Shown: positions 9,230 to 18,810, counted from the stretch's first letter. The stretch is DNA of 64,000 nucleotides from an uncultured Mailhella sp. (GCA_944324085.1 CALUUX010000036.1:32779-96778); one strand, 5' to 3'. Made by a program: numbers and translations. Notes: generated from the letters alone by a model not told the origin.

Positions 9230-9904
9230 TTACTTGTTGGAGGCTTCGGCAAAGGGAAGTTCGCCGCGTTCGAAACGTTCCACCGCTTCGCGCACGGTTA
9301 CGCCTTCCACGTCCTGACAGATCTTGACGCCCGCGGCCTTGAGGGCTTCAAAAGCCTTGGGGCCCACATAACCGCTGATCACCACGTTCACGCCCGCGCG
9401 GGACATGCGTTCAGCCGTTTCTATGCCTGCGCCCATGCTCATGGTCTGAGACGCGCCGTTGTCAATATATTCCACGCTCTTGTCGGGAAGGGTCACCACC
9501 ACGAAGCCGCCGGCTCGTCCGAAGCGGGGATCGACGAGATCGTCGAGCGTGGGGCCTTCACTGGAAACAGCGATTTTCTGCATGACTTGCTCCTTGTTTT
9601 CATGAGGAAGATTGACCACGGCGTAATTGCCGCCCTCTATGCGCAGAGCCATGCCCTGCGTGAGCGCCAGAGCCACCGCTCGTCTGGCCGAGGCCAGCGT
9701 GCGGCCGAACGTGTGGCGCGAGACCCGCATGCGCTCCGCGGCCTGCTGAGCGGTGAGTCCTTCCGCGTCGGCAAGGCGCAGGGCTTCCAGCTCTTCCACC
9801 TCCAGGCGTATTTCCTGAAGTTCGCGCAGAGGAATGCCGCGGGGTTTGAAATAGGTGACCGCGGGGGTCGCGCTCACATAGCGGCAGCGGCGGGGACGAG
9901 GCAT
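9230..9904 (-). CDS. DUF134 HTH domain fused to a NifB/NifX-family orange protein (ORP)-like domain
   Basis: N-terminal MPRPRRCRYV...YFKPRGIP...ELEALRLAD...MRVSRHTF (DUF134); C-terminal KIAVSSEGPTLDDLVDPRFGRAGGF (ORP-like). One open frame. Confidence 0.85.
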   Translation of the reverse strand: MPRPRRCRYVSATPAVTYFKPRGIPLRELQEIRLEVEELEALRLADAEGLTAQQAAERMRVSRHTFGRTLASARRAVALALTQGMALRIEGGNYAVVNLPHENKEQVMQKIAVSSEGPTLDDLVDPRFGRAGGFVVVTLPDKSVEYIDNGASQTMSMGAGIETAERMSRAGVNVVISGYVGPKAFEALKAAGVKICQDVEGVTVREAVERFERGELPFAEASNK

Positions 9905-10426
9905 AATTCTTCCTTGGAATGACGGATGAACGTCGTTTGATTTTTGTACAAATGAGCATAATACAAGGCGCGTTTCTGTCAAGTGCGGGGAGAATATTTT
10001 TGGCGTCTCTTTTTCGACGACGGTCGTTTTGGGCCGGTGTCCGGGAATGGACGAACGATCGGCAGACCGAACGGAAGCCGCATGAAGCGTTGGAGGAGGG
10101 GAAACGCTCCCGGAGATACGGATTGACTCGGGAAAAGACATTTCTTAGCGCGAGAAGAAAGGCGAAAAGTCTTGAAGGACGGGAAAACTCATGGAATAAG
10201 GCGCGTGTGAAAAAAAGAAAAAGAACGAAAAATTTATATGCCTATCAATTTATCAAATTTTATCACTGGGTTAATATTAAAAGAACGCGAAAGGCCAGGT
10301 TGAAAATTTTTTCAAACATGATAAGCGGTTATTTGTTGATCGCCTTATGGAAACGGTGAGCGCGGCGTGATGGGAAGGGGTGAGAATCACGCCGCCGGTC
10401 TTTTTTTCCCTCAGATACGCGTTGTT

Positions 10427-11899
10427 ATGAAAGAAATCTGGTCTTCTATACTTAACGAACTTCGCAGCAGACTTCCTGAAGGCAAGTTCAAGGTTTTTCT
10501 TGAACCCCTGAAGGGGGATGTGATCAAACTGTCGCAGGCTGACCGTTCCGGCGGTCAGGGGCTCCTCATTGAGTCTGTGGGCGTTTGCGAATGGGAAGTT
10601 CGCCTGACCGCCATGAACGATTTTATGGCGGCCCAGGTGCGCGATCAGTTTTCTCAGGCCATCGCGGAAGTGGCGCGTTCGATTCTCGGCGGTCGCGCCA
10701 GAGTGACGGTGCGCGCCTCTTCTTCCCGGAAAAAGACGGAACTTCCCCGTCCCGCCAGTCTGGAACAGCTTGCCGCCTCCATTCCTTCCACGGCTCCCAC
10801 GGTGCTGATGGCCGATAAGCAGCTCGATCTGCCTATGCCACTGCCTCGCGTGCGCACGTTCAATCCGGCCATGATGAAGGGCTGGAAGCACTCGTTTGAA
10901 GATTTCGTGGTCGGCCCCTGCAATCAGATCGCGTACGCTGCCGCAAGCAACATTCTGGAAGCCAGCGCGCCCGTAGATATGGTTTTTCTCTGTTCCGGCG
11001 CGGGGCTCGGCAAAACGCATCTCACGCAGGCCGTGGGCCGCGCTCTCAGTATGGAGGCCGATAAGCGTCAGGTTCGCATGGAATACCTCACGGCTGAGGA
11101 ATTTACCTCTCAGTTCGTGCAGGCTATGAAGTACAAGACCATGGATCAGTTCAAGGAACGTTTCCGGCAGCTGGACATGCTGCTTCTGGAAGACGTGCAT
11201 TTCCTGCGCGGCAAGGATCGCACGCAGGAGGAACTGCTTTCCACCATTAAGAATCTTCAGGATCACGGCGGTCGCGTGGTCCTCACCAGTTCCTTTGCCC
11301 CGCGCGATCTGGCGGGCGTGGATTCTCAGCTCGTGTCCCGATTCTGCTCCGGCTTCGTGGCCAGCATGGAAAGGCCGAACCGTGACACTCGTCTGCATAT
11401 TCTTCAGGAAAAGGCACGCCGTCAGTGCATGGTGCTTCCTTCCGCCGTGGCCGATCTTTTGGCCGACCGTATCACCGGCGACGTGCGCCTGCTGGAAAGC
11501 TGTCTGCACAATCTCATGCTGCAGTCGCAGTTCACCGGGCACACGGTTACCGAGGAAATGGCCATTGACGTTATCCGCAATGTCGCGCGCACCAGTCCTA
11601 GTCTCAGCCTGGAAGATGTGGTGGAGCTTATCTGCCGCAGCTTCGATCTGACGCCCGCGCAACTCAGTTCCAAATCCCGCCGGCAGAACCTTGTTTTGGC
11701 CCGCAATACGGCCTTTTTCCTGCTTCGCAAGCACACTGATCTTACCCTGGAGCAGATCGGCGAACGTTTCAATCGCAAACATTCCACGGTCATCAAGGGC
11801 ATCACCGCCGTGGAACGCGAAATGAGCCGACATTCCGCGCTTGGCGGTCAGATTGAGCACGCCGTTTCCATGATCGAACGTTCGGCTATGCTCCGATAA
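10427..11899 (+). CDS. dnaA: Chromosomal replication initiator DnaA family protein (probably the second paralogue)
   Basis: SFEDFVVGPCN, Walker A GAGLGKTHL, EYLTAEEF, LVSRFCSG, domain IV IGERFNRKHSTV. Start uncertain (10367-10427). Confidence 0.88.
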   Translation: MKEIWSSILNELRSRLPEGKFKVFLEPLKGDVIKLSQADRSGGQGLLIESVGVCEWEVRLTAMNDFMAAQVRDQFSQAIAEVARSILGGRARVTVRASSSRKKTELPRPASLEQLAASIPSTAPTVLMADKQLDLPMPLPRVRTFNPAMMKGWKHSFEDFVVGPCNQIAYAAASNILEASAPVDMVFLCSGAGLGKTHLTQAVGRALSMEADKRQVRMEYLTAEEFTSQFVQAMKYKTMDQFKERFRQLDMLLLEDVHFLRGKDRTQEELLSTIKNLQDHGGRVVLTSSFAPRDLAGVDSQLVSRFCSGFVASMERPNRDTRLHILQEKARRQCMVLPSAVADLLADRITGDVRLLESCLHNLMLQSQFTGHTVTEEMAIDVIRNVARTSPSLSLEDVVELICRSFDLTPAQLSSKSRRQNLVLARNTAFFLLRKHTDLTLEQIGERFNRKHSTVIKGITAVEREMSRHSALGGQIEHAVSMIERSAMLR

Positions 11900-11918
11900 T
11901 GGATTTTCTTTTGATGTC

Positions 11919-11944
11919 GCCCCGCTTGTGCGGGGCTTTTTTTT
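11919..11944 (+). terminator. Intrinsic terminator after dnaA
   Basis: gccccgc-ttgt-gcggggc followed by a T8 run. Confidence 0.85.
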
Positions 11945-12397
11945 CGCGGTATGATAAAACGTAGAGCGAACAGCATTGTCACGCGTCGTGACGTTGCCAG
12001 AACGCGTTTTAGCGGGAACGAGACGTCGCGCTGAGGGCGTTGCCTTTATTTATGAACAGGCGGCGTTTCGGACCGGAAAAAGTTCACGTCCTTCACCGTA
12101 AAAGCGCGTTTGAGAGAATCAAGAGTAAAGACGCATTTTCTGCGTTTTTCGGATTTAGTCGGAGCGGCGGACGTTTCTTCTGTCTTCAAACATGAGGAAG
12201 CCGTGTTGATCCGTTTGGGAAACGACGAGCAGGGGAGAGGAAAGACAAGAATCAGGCGAGAGGCGCGGGGGAGACGGCGGAGAACGTTAAGCGACGGAGT
12301 GTCTGCAAGAAGAAAAGAGTCCGTTTGATCGGAAGTGGAGGAGAGGCAATCGAGCTTTATCCTCGCGAGGCAGGTGTTGCGTCGATGGGAAAAGAAC

Positions 12398-13153
12398 TCA
12401 GATTTCCCGGCAGCACCAGATGACGCGGCCAATGACGCGCACGCTGTCGGCGAGATCGCCGTGCAGATCCACGCTGATAGGCGAATATTCGGGATTGCGG
12501 CTGCGGAGCACCAGCCTTCCGCCGGGCAGAGTTTCCACCTGTTTAATGTAGATCTCTTCATTGATGCCCATGGCGTAAATGGCGTGCCCATAGATTTGGC
12601 GTTTGCTTTGATCCACGAGCACCATGTCGCCGTGTCGGATATCCGGCTCCATGCTGTCGCCGCAAACTTTCATGAGCACCATTTTTTCTGGGTCACCTTT
12701 ACGGCAAAGCCAGTCCTGGCGGAAGGAAAAGTAGGAAAGCACGTCGCCGTCGGTTTCCAGACTTCCCTTGCCTGCGGCAAGGCGGGCGGCTACCAACGGA
12801 ACCATGACGAGACCGATGGAGTCTTGTCCCGCGTCGACTTCGCTGAAAAAACTTTCGCCGCGGGAACGGCGCAACCTTGCCTCCTCGCGTTCCGCGAGGC
12901 TGGAAACGGCGTTTTCCGAGGATGAAGCTTCGGACGAGCCCTGACGGGGTTCTTTGCCGAAGAATATCCAGTCGGTGGACAGGCCGAACTGAGCGGCTAC
13001 TTTCAGAACCCATCCGTCGGGAATGCGTCCTTTGCGCCGCGCCTGGCTGACGGCCTGCGGCGAGACGCCGAGTAGTTCGGCGAGCTGACTGTCTCGGCGG
13101 AGGCCGGCTCCTTGGAGAAGACGATCGAGAGTTTCCGGTGTTGCGCTGTTCAT
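12398..13153 (-). CDS. Phage CI/LexA-like repressor: N-terminal HTH plus C-terminal S24 autopeptidase
   Basis: HTH LAELLGVSPQAVSQARRKGRIP; Ala-Gly cleavage site in RLAAGKG; catalytic Ser in GDSMEP and Lys in YIKQV. Confidence 0.88.
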   Translation of the reverse strand: MNSATPETLDRLLQGAGLRRDSQLAELLGVSPQAVSQARRKGRIPDGWVLKVAAQFGLSTDWIFFGKEPRQGSSEASSSENAVSSLAEREEARLRRSRGESFFSEVDAGQDSIGLVMVPLVAARLAAGKGSLETDGDVLSYFSFRQDWLCRKGDPEKMVLMKVCGDSMEPDIRHGDMVLVDQSKRQIYGHAIYAMGINEEIYIKQVETLPGGRLVLRSRNPEYSPISVDLHGDLADSVRVIGRVIWCCREI

Positions 13154-13160
13154 GTCACTA

Positions 13161-13240
13161 TTTTTAAAGGGAAGAAAAAAGAAAGTCAATTGAAAATTTA
13201 GAAAATTAAAAAAATTAAAAATATAAATTTTTAGTTGACA
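13161..13240. promoter_or_regulatory. Back-to-back divergent promoters with an imperfect 16-bp inverted repeat
   Basis: Arms gtcaattgaaaattta (13185-13200) and taaatttttagttgac (13224-13239) match 14/16. They contain TTGACT (minus strand) and TTGACA (plus strand, 13235-13240). The leftward -10-like TAAAAA lies 17 nt after TTGACT. Confidence 0.6.
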
Positions 13241-13310
13241 AAATAAATAAAACTGGCAAAAGAAAGTCGTGTTCCGCACAAAAAATCAATGAATTTTTAA
13301 GGAGCTTCCT

Positions 13311-13535
13311 ATGGCTATGAGTGACGATATTCGCAGCGTGCGTTCTTTCCTGGGTTCCCTGAATGTTGAAACTTTCAGCCCTGCGTTGGTCGCCCTGGCG
13401 TGCAGCAATCTTGAAGCCCTTGCCGAGCAGGCTGAGGCTTTGGAGAACACGCCGCTTGCCGTTCGCCGTTCCCCGCGGCGTCGCTCCGCGTCGCCCGCGC
13501 CACGCCGCATGGAAATGCTTTCTCTGCTTCAATAG
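13311..13535 (+). CDS. Small hypothetical protein divergent from the CI-like repressor, 74 aa
   Basis: SD AAGGAG 6 nt upstream of ATG; helical N-terminal half and Arg/Pro-rich tail. Confidence 0.65.
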   Translation: MAMSDDIRSVRSFLGSLNVETFSPALVALACSNLEALAEQAEALENTPLAVRRSPRRRSASPAPRRMEMLSLLQ

Positions 13536-14105
13536 CGCGGAAACAGAGCGCCGTCGTTCGCAATGGCGTTTTGTGGGCATGCTGGAGCGTTTTGCGTATG
13601 GGGAACGATCGAACACGCTCGGCTCGTCCTGGAAAAAGAGGACGAATTGGCGGAAGAAAGGCGACGGCGCACTCTTTGCTTGACGTTCCTTGCAAGGCGC
13701 GGGCGCGATTTTCGTTCATAAGGTGCAGTGCTGCGGAGTCAGTCCGCGCTTTCTCGGCGCAGATTGAGCGTATCGGTTCAGAAGGCCTTGACGAGGAGCT
13801 ATTCCCGCGCATCCGCGAGCTCGTCTCGCTGTTTTTGAAAGCCGCATGCTTGTACCTGTGAGAGCGGCGTTATACGTTCAGCTCGTGTGGCGCAGGTCAG
13901 TCTGGGCGTAGGACTTTTTTTGACGGCGTGCGGTTTATTTGAGCGTTCGTCGCGCGCAGTGGGGCGGGCGGAAAGCGCGATCGTACGTTGTGAGCTTGAT
14001 GAAAAAGTGGATTTTGGCTCGCCTGTCGGCGGACGCGGACGCGATAGGAGGCTGGGCGGAGAGATGCCTGTGAGAATAGATTCGCGACGTTCCGATAAGG
14101 GAAAG

Positions 14106-14131
14106 AAAAAGCCCTCCGAAGAGGGCTTTTT
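14106..14131. terminator. Bidirectional intrinsic terminator
   Basis: aaaaagccctc-cgaa-gagggcttttt. Confidence 0.85.
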
Positions 14132-14157
14132 CATGGCGGAAAACGCGGTTGTACGCG

Positions 14158-15744
14158 CTACATACTTTTATTGCGGTAGACGAACTGATGCGGATCGATA
14201 CCGTATTTTTTCACTTTATAGTTGACGATGCGGTAACTTGACTTTAGGTCGCGCGCGGCCTTGAGCATATTGCCTCCGGCTTTGATGAGCGCGTCCACCA
14301 GAAGCTCTTTTTCAAAGCGGGTGACGGCGTCGCCGAGAGAGAGTCCGGCTTCCGTTGCCGTGCTTTCCGCGGTTTGAAGAGAAGGCGGAAGGTCTCCGGC
14401 GCGGATCACGCCATGTTCGCAGTATTGCGCGGCCCGTTGCAGGCAGCTGGTCAATTCTGAAATGTTGCCTGGCCAGAAATAGCGGGTCAGCAGCTCCAGC
14501 GCGGGATAGGAAATGCGTTTGATTTTTTCGGTGTGATAGTCCGCGTGGCGCAGAAGCAGGTGTTCCACGAGGGGCACAATGTCTTCCCGGCGTTCGCGCA
14601 GAGGCGGAATATGCAGCGCGCAGACGTTGAGGCGCGCGTACAGTTCTCCGGAAAAGCGACCCTGATCCACAAGCGTCTCAAGGGGCGCGCTGGTGGCGGC
14701 TATGACGCGCACGTCCACGGGCACAGGTTCTCCGCCGCCCTGACGGAGCACGGTGTGTTCCTTAAGCAGGCGCAGCAGACTTTCCTGAGCCGCCGGGGGA
14801 AGCGCGTCCACGGCGTCAAGAAAGATAGTGCCGGTGTTGGCCTGTTCAAAGAGTCCCTTTTGAGTCTGCATGGCGCCGAGGAACGCGCCTTTCTGATAGC
14901 CGCACAACTCGATTTGCAGGCGTTCCGGCGGAAGAGCGGCGCAATGGCAGACCACAAGCGGAATGTCGCTGCGAGGACTGAAGGCGTGAATGCGTGAAGC
15001 CAGTCGTTCTTTGCCTACGCCCGGTTCTCCGCACAACAGCACGGGGGCGCGTCCTTGGGCGATGTGCGCGGCCTGTTCGAGAATGTTGCGCATGACCTTG
15101 GACTGCGCGACAAACGCGGAGTCTGAACGAATGTCGTCTTCAGGGACGTTTTGCGTTATCTGCCCCGGCAGGCGACGTTGACGACTGAGCTCTTCCTGAA
15201 GATAGGCGGCTTCGTTGGCGATGAGCGCGGCCACGACTTCCATGAAGACGCGTCTTTTTTCAAGGTCTTCGCGGGAAACGAATTCCGTGTCGGCGTTGAG
15301 CGTTCCGATGACCTCCCGGGCGGAAAGGGGACCGTCGACGGCGGGCGCGAGAATGGGAACCGAAATAAAGGAGAGTCGTTCCATTTCCTCGTCCGACCGT
15401 TCAAAAAGGAGGCTGAGGAAGAGGGAATCGCCCTTGAGTTTTTCCACGATGACGGAGCGGCCTGTGGCGAACACTTGTCCCGTCACGCCCACGCCCGGAG
15501 CGTAGCTGGCGTGGTTGGCCTTGGGCTGGGTGTCGGCCAGACTGAGGCGCAGCATGCCGGTTTCGGGATCAAAGAGCACAAGATGGGGACGCAGGAAGCC
15601 GTGACGTTCGGAAAGCTTGCGCAGCAGGGACGTCAGGCTCGTCTGGAAGGGACGTTTGGGTCCCATTTCGCTGGCCATGAGGCGCAGGGTTTCCAGCCAG
15701 GGGCTGACGTCCTGGTTGTTGGCGTTATTGGAATGATGCAGCAT
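14158..15744 (-). CDS. NifA-like GAF / sigma54-interaction AAA+ / Fis-HTH regulator with degenerate motifs
   Basis: GAF region (PGVGVTGQVFATG), Walker A GEPGVGKE, GAFLGA in place of GAFTGA, Walker B IFLDAV, VDVRVIAATS, C-terminal HTH. Confidence 0.88.
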   Translation of the reverse strand: MLHHSNNANNQDVSPWLETLRLMASEMGPKRPFQTSLTSLLRKLSERHGFLRPHLVLFDPETGMLRLSLADTQPKANHASYAPGVGVTGQVFATGRSVIVEKLKGDSLFLSLLFERSDEEMERLSFISVPILAPAVDGPLSAREVIGTLNADTEFVSREDLEKRRVFMEVVAALIANEAAYLQEELSRQRRLPGQITQNVPEDDIRSDSAFVAQSKVMRNILEQAAHIAQGRAPVLLCGEPGVGKERLASRIHAFSPRSDIPLVVCHCAALPPERLQIELCGYQKGAFLGAMQTQKGLFEQANTGTIFLDAVDALPPAAQESLLRLLKEHTVLRQGGGEPVPVDVRVIAATSAPLETLVDQGRFSGELYARLNVCALHIPPLRERREDIVPLVEHLLLRHADYHTEKIKRISYPALELLTRYFWPGNISELTSCLQRAAQYCEHGVIRAGDLPPSLQTAESTATEAGLSLGDAVTRFEKELLVDALIKAGGNMLKAARDLKSSYRIVNYKVKKYGIDPHQFVYRNKSM

Positions 15745-15771
15745 GAAAGCCCTCCGACGGTCGGAACGGCG

Positions 15772-16506
15772 TTATTTCTTGAGACTGGCGATGCGGGAAC
15801 GGAAAAACGCGGCGGATTCCTTATCGGTGGGGGGCAACGCGGCCACGGCGGCTTCATAGGAAGCGATGGCTCCGGCTTTGTCGCCGGCGGCCACGGCGGC
15901 TTCGGCGGCCTGCTGATGGATGACGGGCGAGACTTCGGCCGGCGCGGAGGCCGCGAGCGTTTTGAATTCGTCACGGGCGGCGGCGAAGTCGCCCTTGTGC
16001 ATAAGCGTCTGCGCGTGGTTGAGACGAGCGGCGAAAGCGAGAGGGGTGTCGCCTTCCCGTTCGGCCACTCGGGCGTAGGACGCTATGGCTTTATCCCAGT
16101 CGCCGGTTTCCACGGCGGAGGAAGCGAGTTCCAGATGGGCGGCGGTTTCGACGGAAGAAGGAGCGTCTTTGAGGAAGCCCTCCAGCGCGGCCACGCGGCG
16201 CGCCGGATCCTGAATGGAAATGATGCGTCCGAGCGCGAGACGGGCGTCAGCCGTCTGCTCTTCGCGATACCACTGCCAGCCCGCCACGGAGAGAATGACG
16301 ACCACCACGACCACGACGCCGGCGGCGATTTTGTGGGCATGGTTCAGCACGAAGTTCCACAGAGGAGCGGCTTCAGGGCTGATTTCGGCCTGCATTTCTG
16401 CGCTGAATTTGGGAATATTCACGCCGCCCATGACGGGGTCGACGCTTTTGCGGAGTGCCGGTTCGGAAAGAGGCGTTGGCTTCTGGATGGTAGGACGCTG
16501 TGCCAT
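15772..16506 (-). CDS. Membrane-anchored TPR protein (YfgM-like)
   Basis: Single N-proximal TM (IAAGVVVVVVVILSVAGWQWY) followed by Ala-rich TPR-like helices. Confidence 0.75.
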   Translation of the reverse strand: MAQRPTIQKPTPLSEPALRKSVDPVMGGVNIPKFSAEMQAEISPEAAPLWNFVLNHAHKIAAGVVVVVVVILSVAGWQWYREEQTADARLALGRIISIQDPARRVAALEGFLKDAPSSVETAAHLELASSAVETGDWDKAIASYARVAEREGDTPLAFAARLNHAQTLMHKGDFAAARDEFKTLAASAPAEVSPVIHQQAAEAAVAAGDKAGAIASYEAAVAALPPTDKESAAFFRSRIASLKK

Positions 16507-16772
16507 GATGACTCCTTGAGAAGGGAGAAGAAGGACAAAAGGAAAGGCCGGACGGATTCCGGCGCATGGATGCACGCTAGTAGAGACTGACATAAATGTC
16601 AAAAGAAAAACCGTTACGAAGAAAAACGCGTCTCAAGGCCGGGAACGGTTTTGTCGGAGGCGACAAGATCGTCAGCTCGCCGGCGTTTCGGACGAAGGAG
16701 ACGAGGAAAAGGCTTGCATGGCGTCTCTCCGCCCCGTATGCTGTGAGCACGATTTTCCAAGGAGACAGGGAT

Positions 16773-18041
16773 ATGGAAGAAAGGAACATCCGCGAGGCCG
16801 TGCGTCTTGCCGGCAGGAAAGCGAAAGAGGCTTCCCGAAACATGGCGGCCGCAAGTCCTGCGGCCAAGAAGCGCGCCCTGGAGACAATGGCCGAGCTTCT
16901 GAGAGAAAAGGAAGGGGAACTGCTCGTCGCCAACGGCAGAGATCTTGAGGCCGCGCGCCTTGCCGGGCTGGACGGGCCGCGCATGGACAGATTGAGACTG
17001 ACGCCCGCCATCTTGGCCGATATGGCCGAAGCCTGCCGTTATGTGGCTGATTTGCCCGATCCCGTGGGCGCCATGGATTCCCAGTGGCAGCGACCCAACG
17101 GACTGCTGGTCGGGCGCATGCGCGTGCCCCTTGGCGTGGTGGCCATGGTGTATGAGGCTCGTCCCAACGTGACGGTGGACGCATCCATTCTCTGTCTGAA
17201 GGCGGGGAACGCGGTCATTTTGCGCGGCGGTTCCGAGGCTCTCCATTCCAACGTGGCGTTGGCGCGCCTTCTGCATGAGGCGTTGGACGCGGCCGGGCTT
17301 CCCGGAGATGCGGTGCAGTTCATCGATATTACGTCCCATGAGGCCGTTTCGGAGCTCTGCCGGCTTGACGAGTATGTGGACGTGCTTATTCCTCGCGGCG
17401 GAGAATCGTTGGTGCGAGCGGTAACGAGCCAGGCGACCATGCCGGTGCTCAAGCATTACAAGGGCGTGTGTCACGCCTTCATCGACGAGAGCGCGGATCT
17501 TCCGCAGGCTCTGGAGATCGTGTACAACGGCAAGGTGCAGCGGCCCGGCGTGTGCAACGCGTTGGAATGTCTGCTGGTGCATGAATCCGCGGCGGAGTCG
17601 TTTCTGCCCATGGTGGCGGAACGCCTCGGGAGCGCGGGCGTGAGTTTTCGCGCGGACGAGAGGTCGCTTCCGCTTCTTGGGGCGAACGCCGTTCCCGCCG
17701 CTCCTGATGATTTCGGTCGGGAATTTCATGATCTTATTCTTGCCGTCCGCGTGGTGCGCGACATGGACGAGGCTCTTGCCCATATTGCGGCGTACGGCTC
17801 AAATCACACGGAAGTCATCTGTACGAGAAATCATGTGAACGCCATGCGCTTTTTGCGTGAAGCGGACGCTTCCATGGTGGCGGTGAACGCCTCCACGCGT
17901 TTCAACGACGGCGGCCAGCTTGGCCTTGGAGCGGAGATAGGCATCAGCACGTCCAAGCTTCATGCGTACGGTCCCATGGGCGTTCAGGAACTCACCACCA
18001 CCAAATTTGTGGTTTTCGGTCAGGGACAGGTAAGGAAATAG
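16773..18041 (+). CDS. proA: Gamma-glutamyl phosphate reductase
   Basis: VPLGVVAMVYEARPNVT, LRGGSEA, IPRGG, GVCNALE, VNASTRFNDG, GISTSKLHAYGPMG. Confidence 0.97.
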   Translation: MEERNIREAVRLAGRKAKEASRNMAAASPAAKKRALETMAELLREKEGELLVANGRDLEAARLAGLDGPRMDRLRLTPAILADMAEACRYVADLPDPVGAMDSQWQRPNGLLVGRMRVPLGVVAMVYEARPNVTVDASILCLKAGNAVILRGGSEALHSNVALARLLHEALDAAGLPGDAVQFIDITSHEAVSELCRLDEYVDVLIPRGGESLVRAVTSQATMPVLKHYKGVCHAFIDESADLPQALEIVYNGKVQRPGVCNALECLLVHESAAESFLPMVAERLGSAGVSFRADERSLPLLGANAVPAAPDDFGREFHDLILAVRVVRDMDEALAHIAAYGSNHTEVICTRNHVNAMRFLREADASMVAVNASTRFNDGGQLGLGAEIGISTSKLHAYGPMGVQELTTTKFVVFGQGQVRK

Positions 18042-18044
18042 CGC

Positions 18045-18734
18045 ATGGGCGGAACGGGAATACTGGGAGGCACGTTCAATCCCGTGCATAACGGCCATCT
18101 GCGTCATGCCATAGAGGTGGCGGAAGCCCTGGGGCTGGATCGCGTGCTGCTCATGCCATGCGCCACTCCGCCGCATAAGGAAAGCGCGGGGTTGCTGTCC
18201 TTTGAGCTGCGGGTGCGTCTTTTGCGGTCCGCGGTTCAGGGGATTTCCTTTCTCGGCGTGGAAACGCTGGAAGGGGAACTTGAGGGACCGTCCTATACAT
18301 GGCGAACGCTTGGGGAATGGGGACGTCGCCATCAGGGAGAGCCGCTTCCGTATTTTATGATGGGCGCGGAATCCTTCGCCGCGCTGGACACCTGGAAGCA
18401 TGGCCTGGAACTGCCGCATTTCGCGCACTTGGTCATGGTGCCCCGAAACGGGGATGACGGCAGCGTGTTTCATGAAAGCGTGCGCACGTTCTGGCCGGGA
18501 AGCATTCCTGCGGACAGCGACGTGCCTCTGGCTCGTGAAACCGTGCGTCTTGTCGGCGGAGGCGAATGCACCTTTCTGCCCGTGCCGCGGCTGGACATCA
18601 GTTCCACGTTCATCAGGGCGCGCTGGCGTTCCGGACGCAGTCTTGCCGGTCTTCTGCCAGAAGCCGAGCTTGCCGTTCTAAAAAAACATGCGGAGGAAGT
18701 GTCCGCATGCTGGGCCACGGCCAGAGTGCGTTGA
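18045..18734 (+). CDS. nadD: Nicotinate-nucleotide adenylyltransferase
   Basis: GILGGTFNPVHNGH, PPHK, SYT, DISST; directly downstream of proA. Confidence 0.93.
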   Translation: MGGTGILGGTFNPVHNGHLRHAIEVAEALGLDRVLLMPCATPPHKESAGLLSFELRVRLLRSAVQGISFLGVETLEGELEGPSYTWRTLGEWGRRHQGEPLPYFMMGAESFAALDTWKHGLELPHFAHLVMVPRNGDDGSVFHESVRTFWPGSIPADSDVPLARETVRLVGGGECTFLPVPRLDISSTFIRARWRSGRSLAGLLPEAELAVLKKHAEEVSACWATARVR

Positions 18735-18773
18735 GAAGCACGGACAAGCGATATTCTTCCAGAGTTTCCTGAG

Positions 18774-18810
18774 AAGCGGGGTGGACGCGACGGCGTTCGC
18801 CCCGCTTTTT
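18774..18810 (+). terminator. Intrinsic terminator after nadD
   Basis: About 12-bp stem gcggggtggacg/cgttcgccccgc followed by T5. Confidence 0.7.

Noticed and set aside
13536-14100. Possible small ORFs downstream of the 74-aa gene
   Set aside because: No convincing SD plus start, and no recognisable motif.
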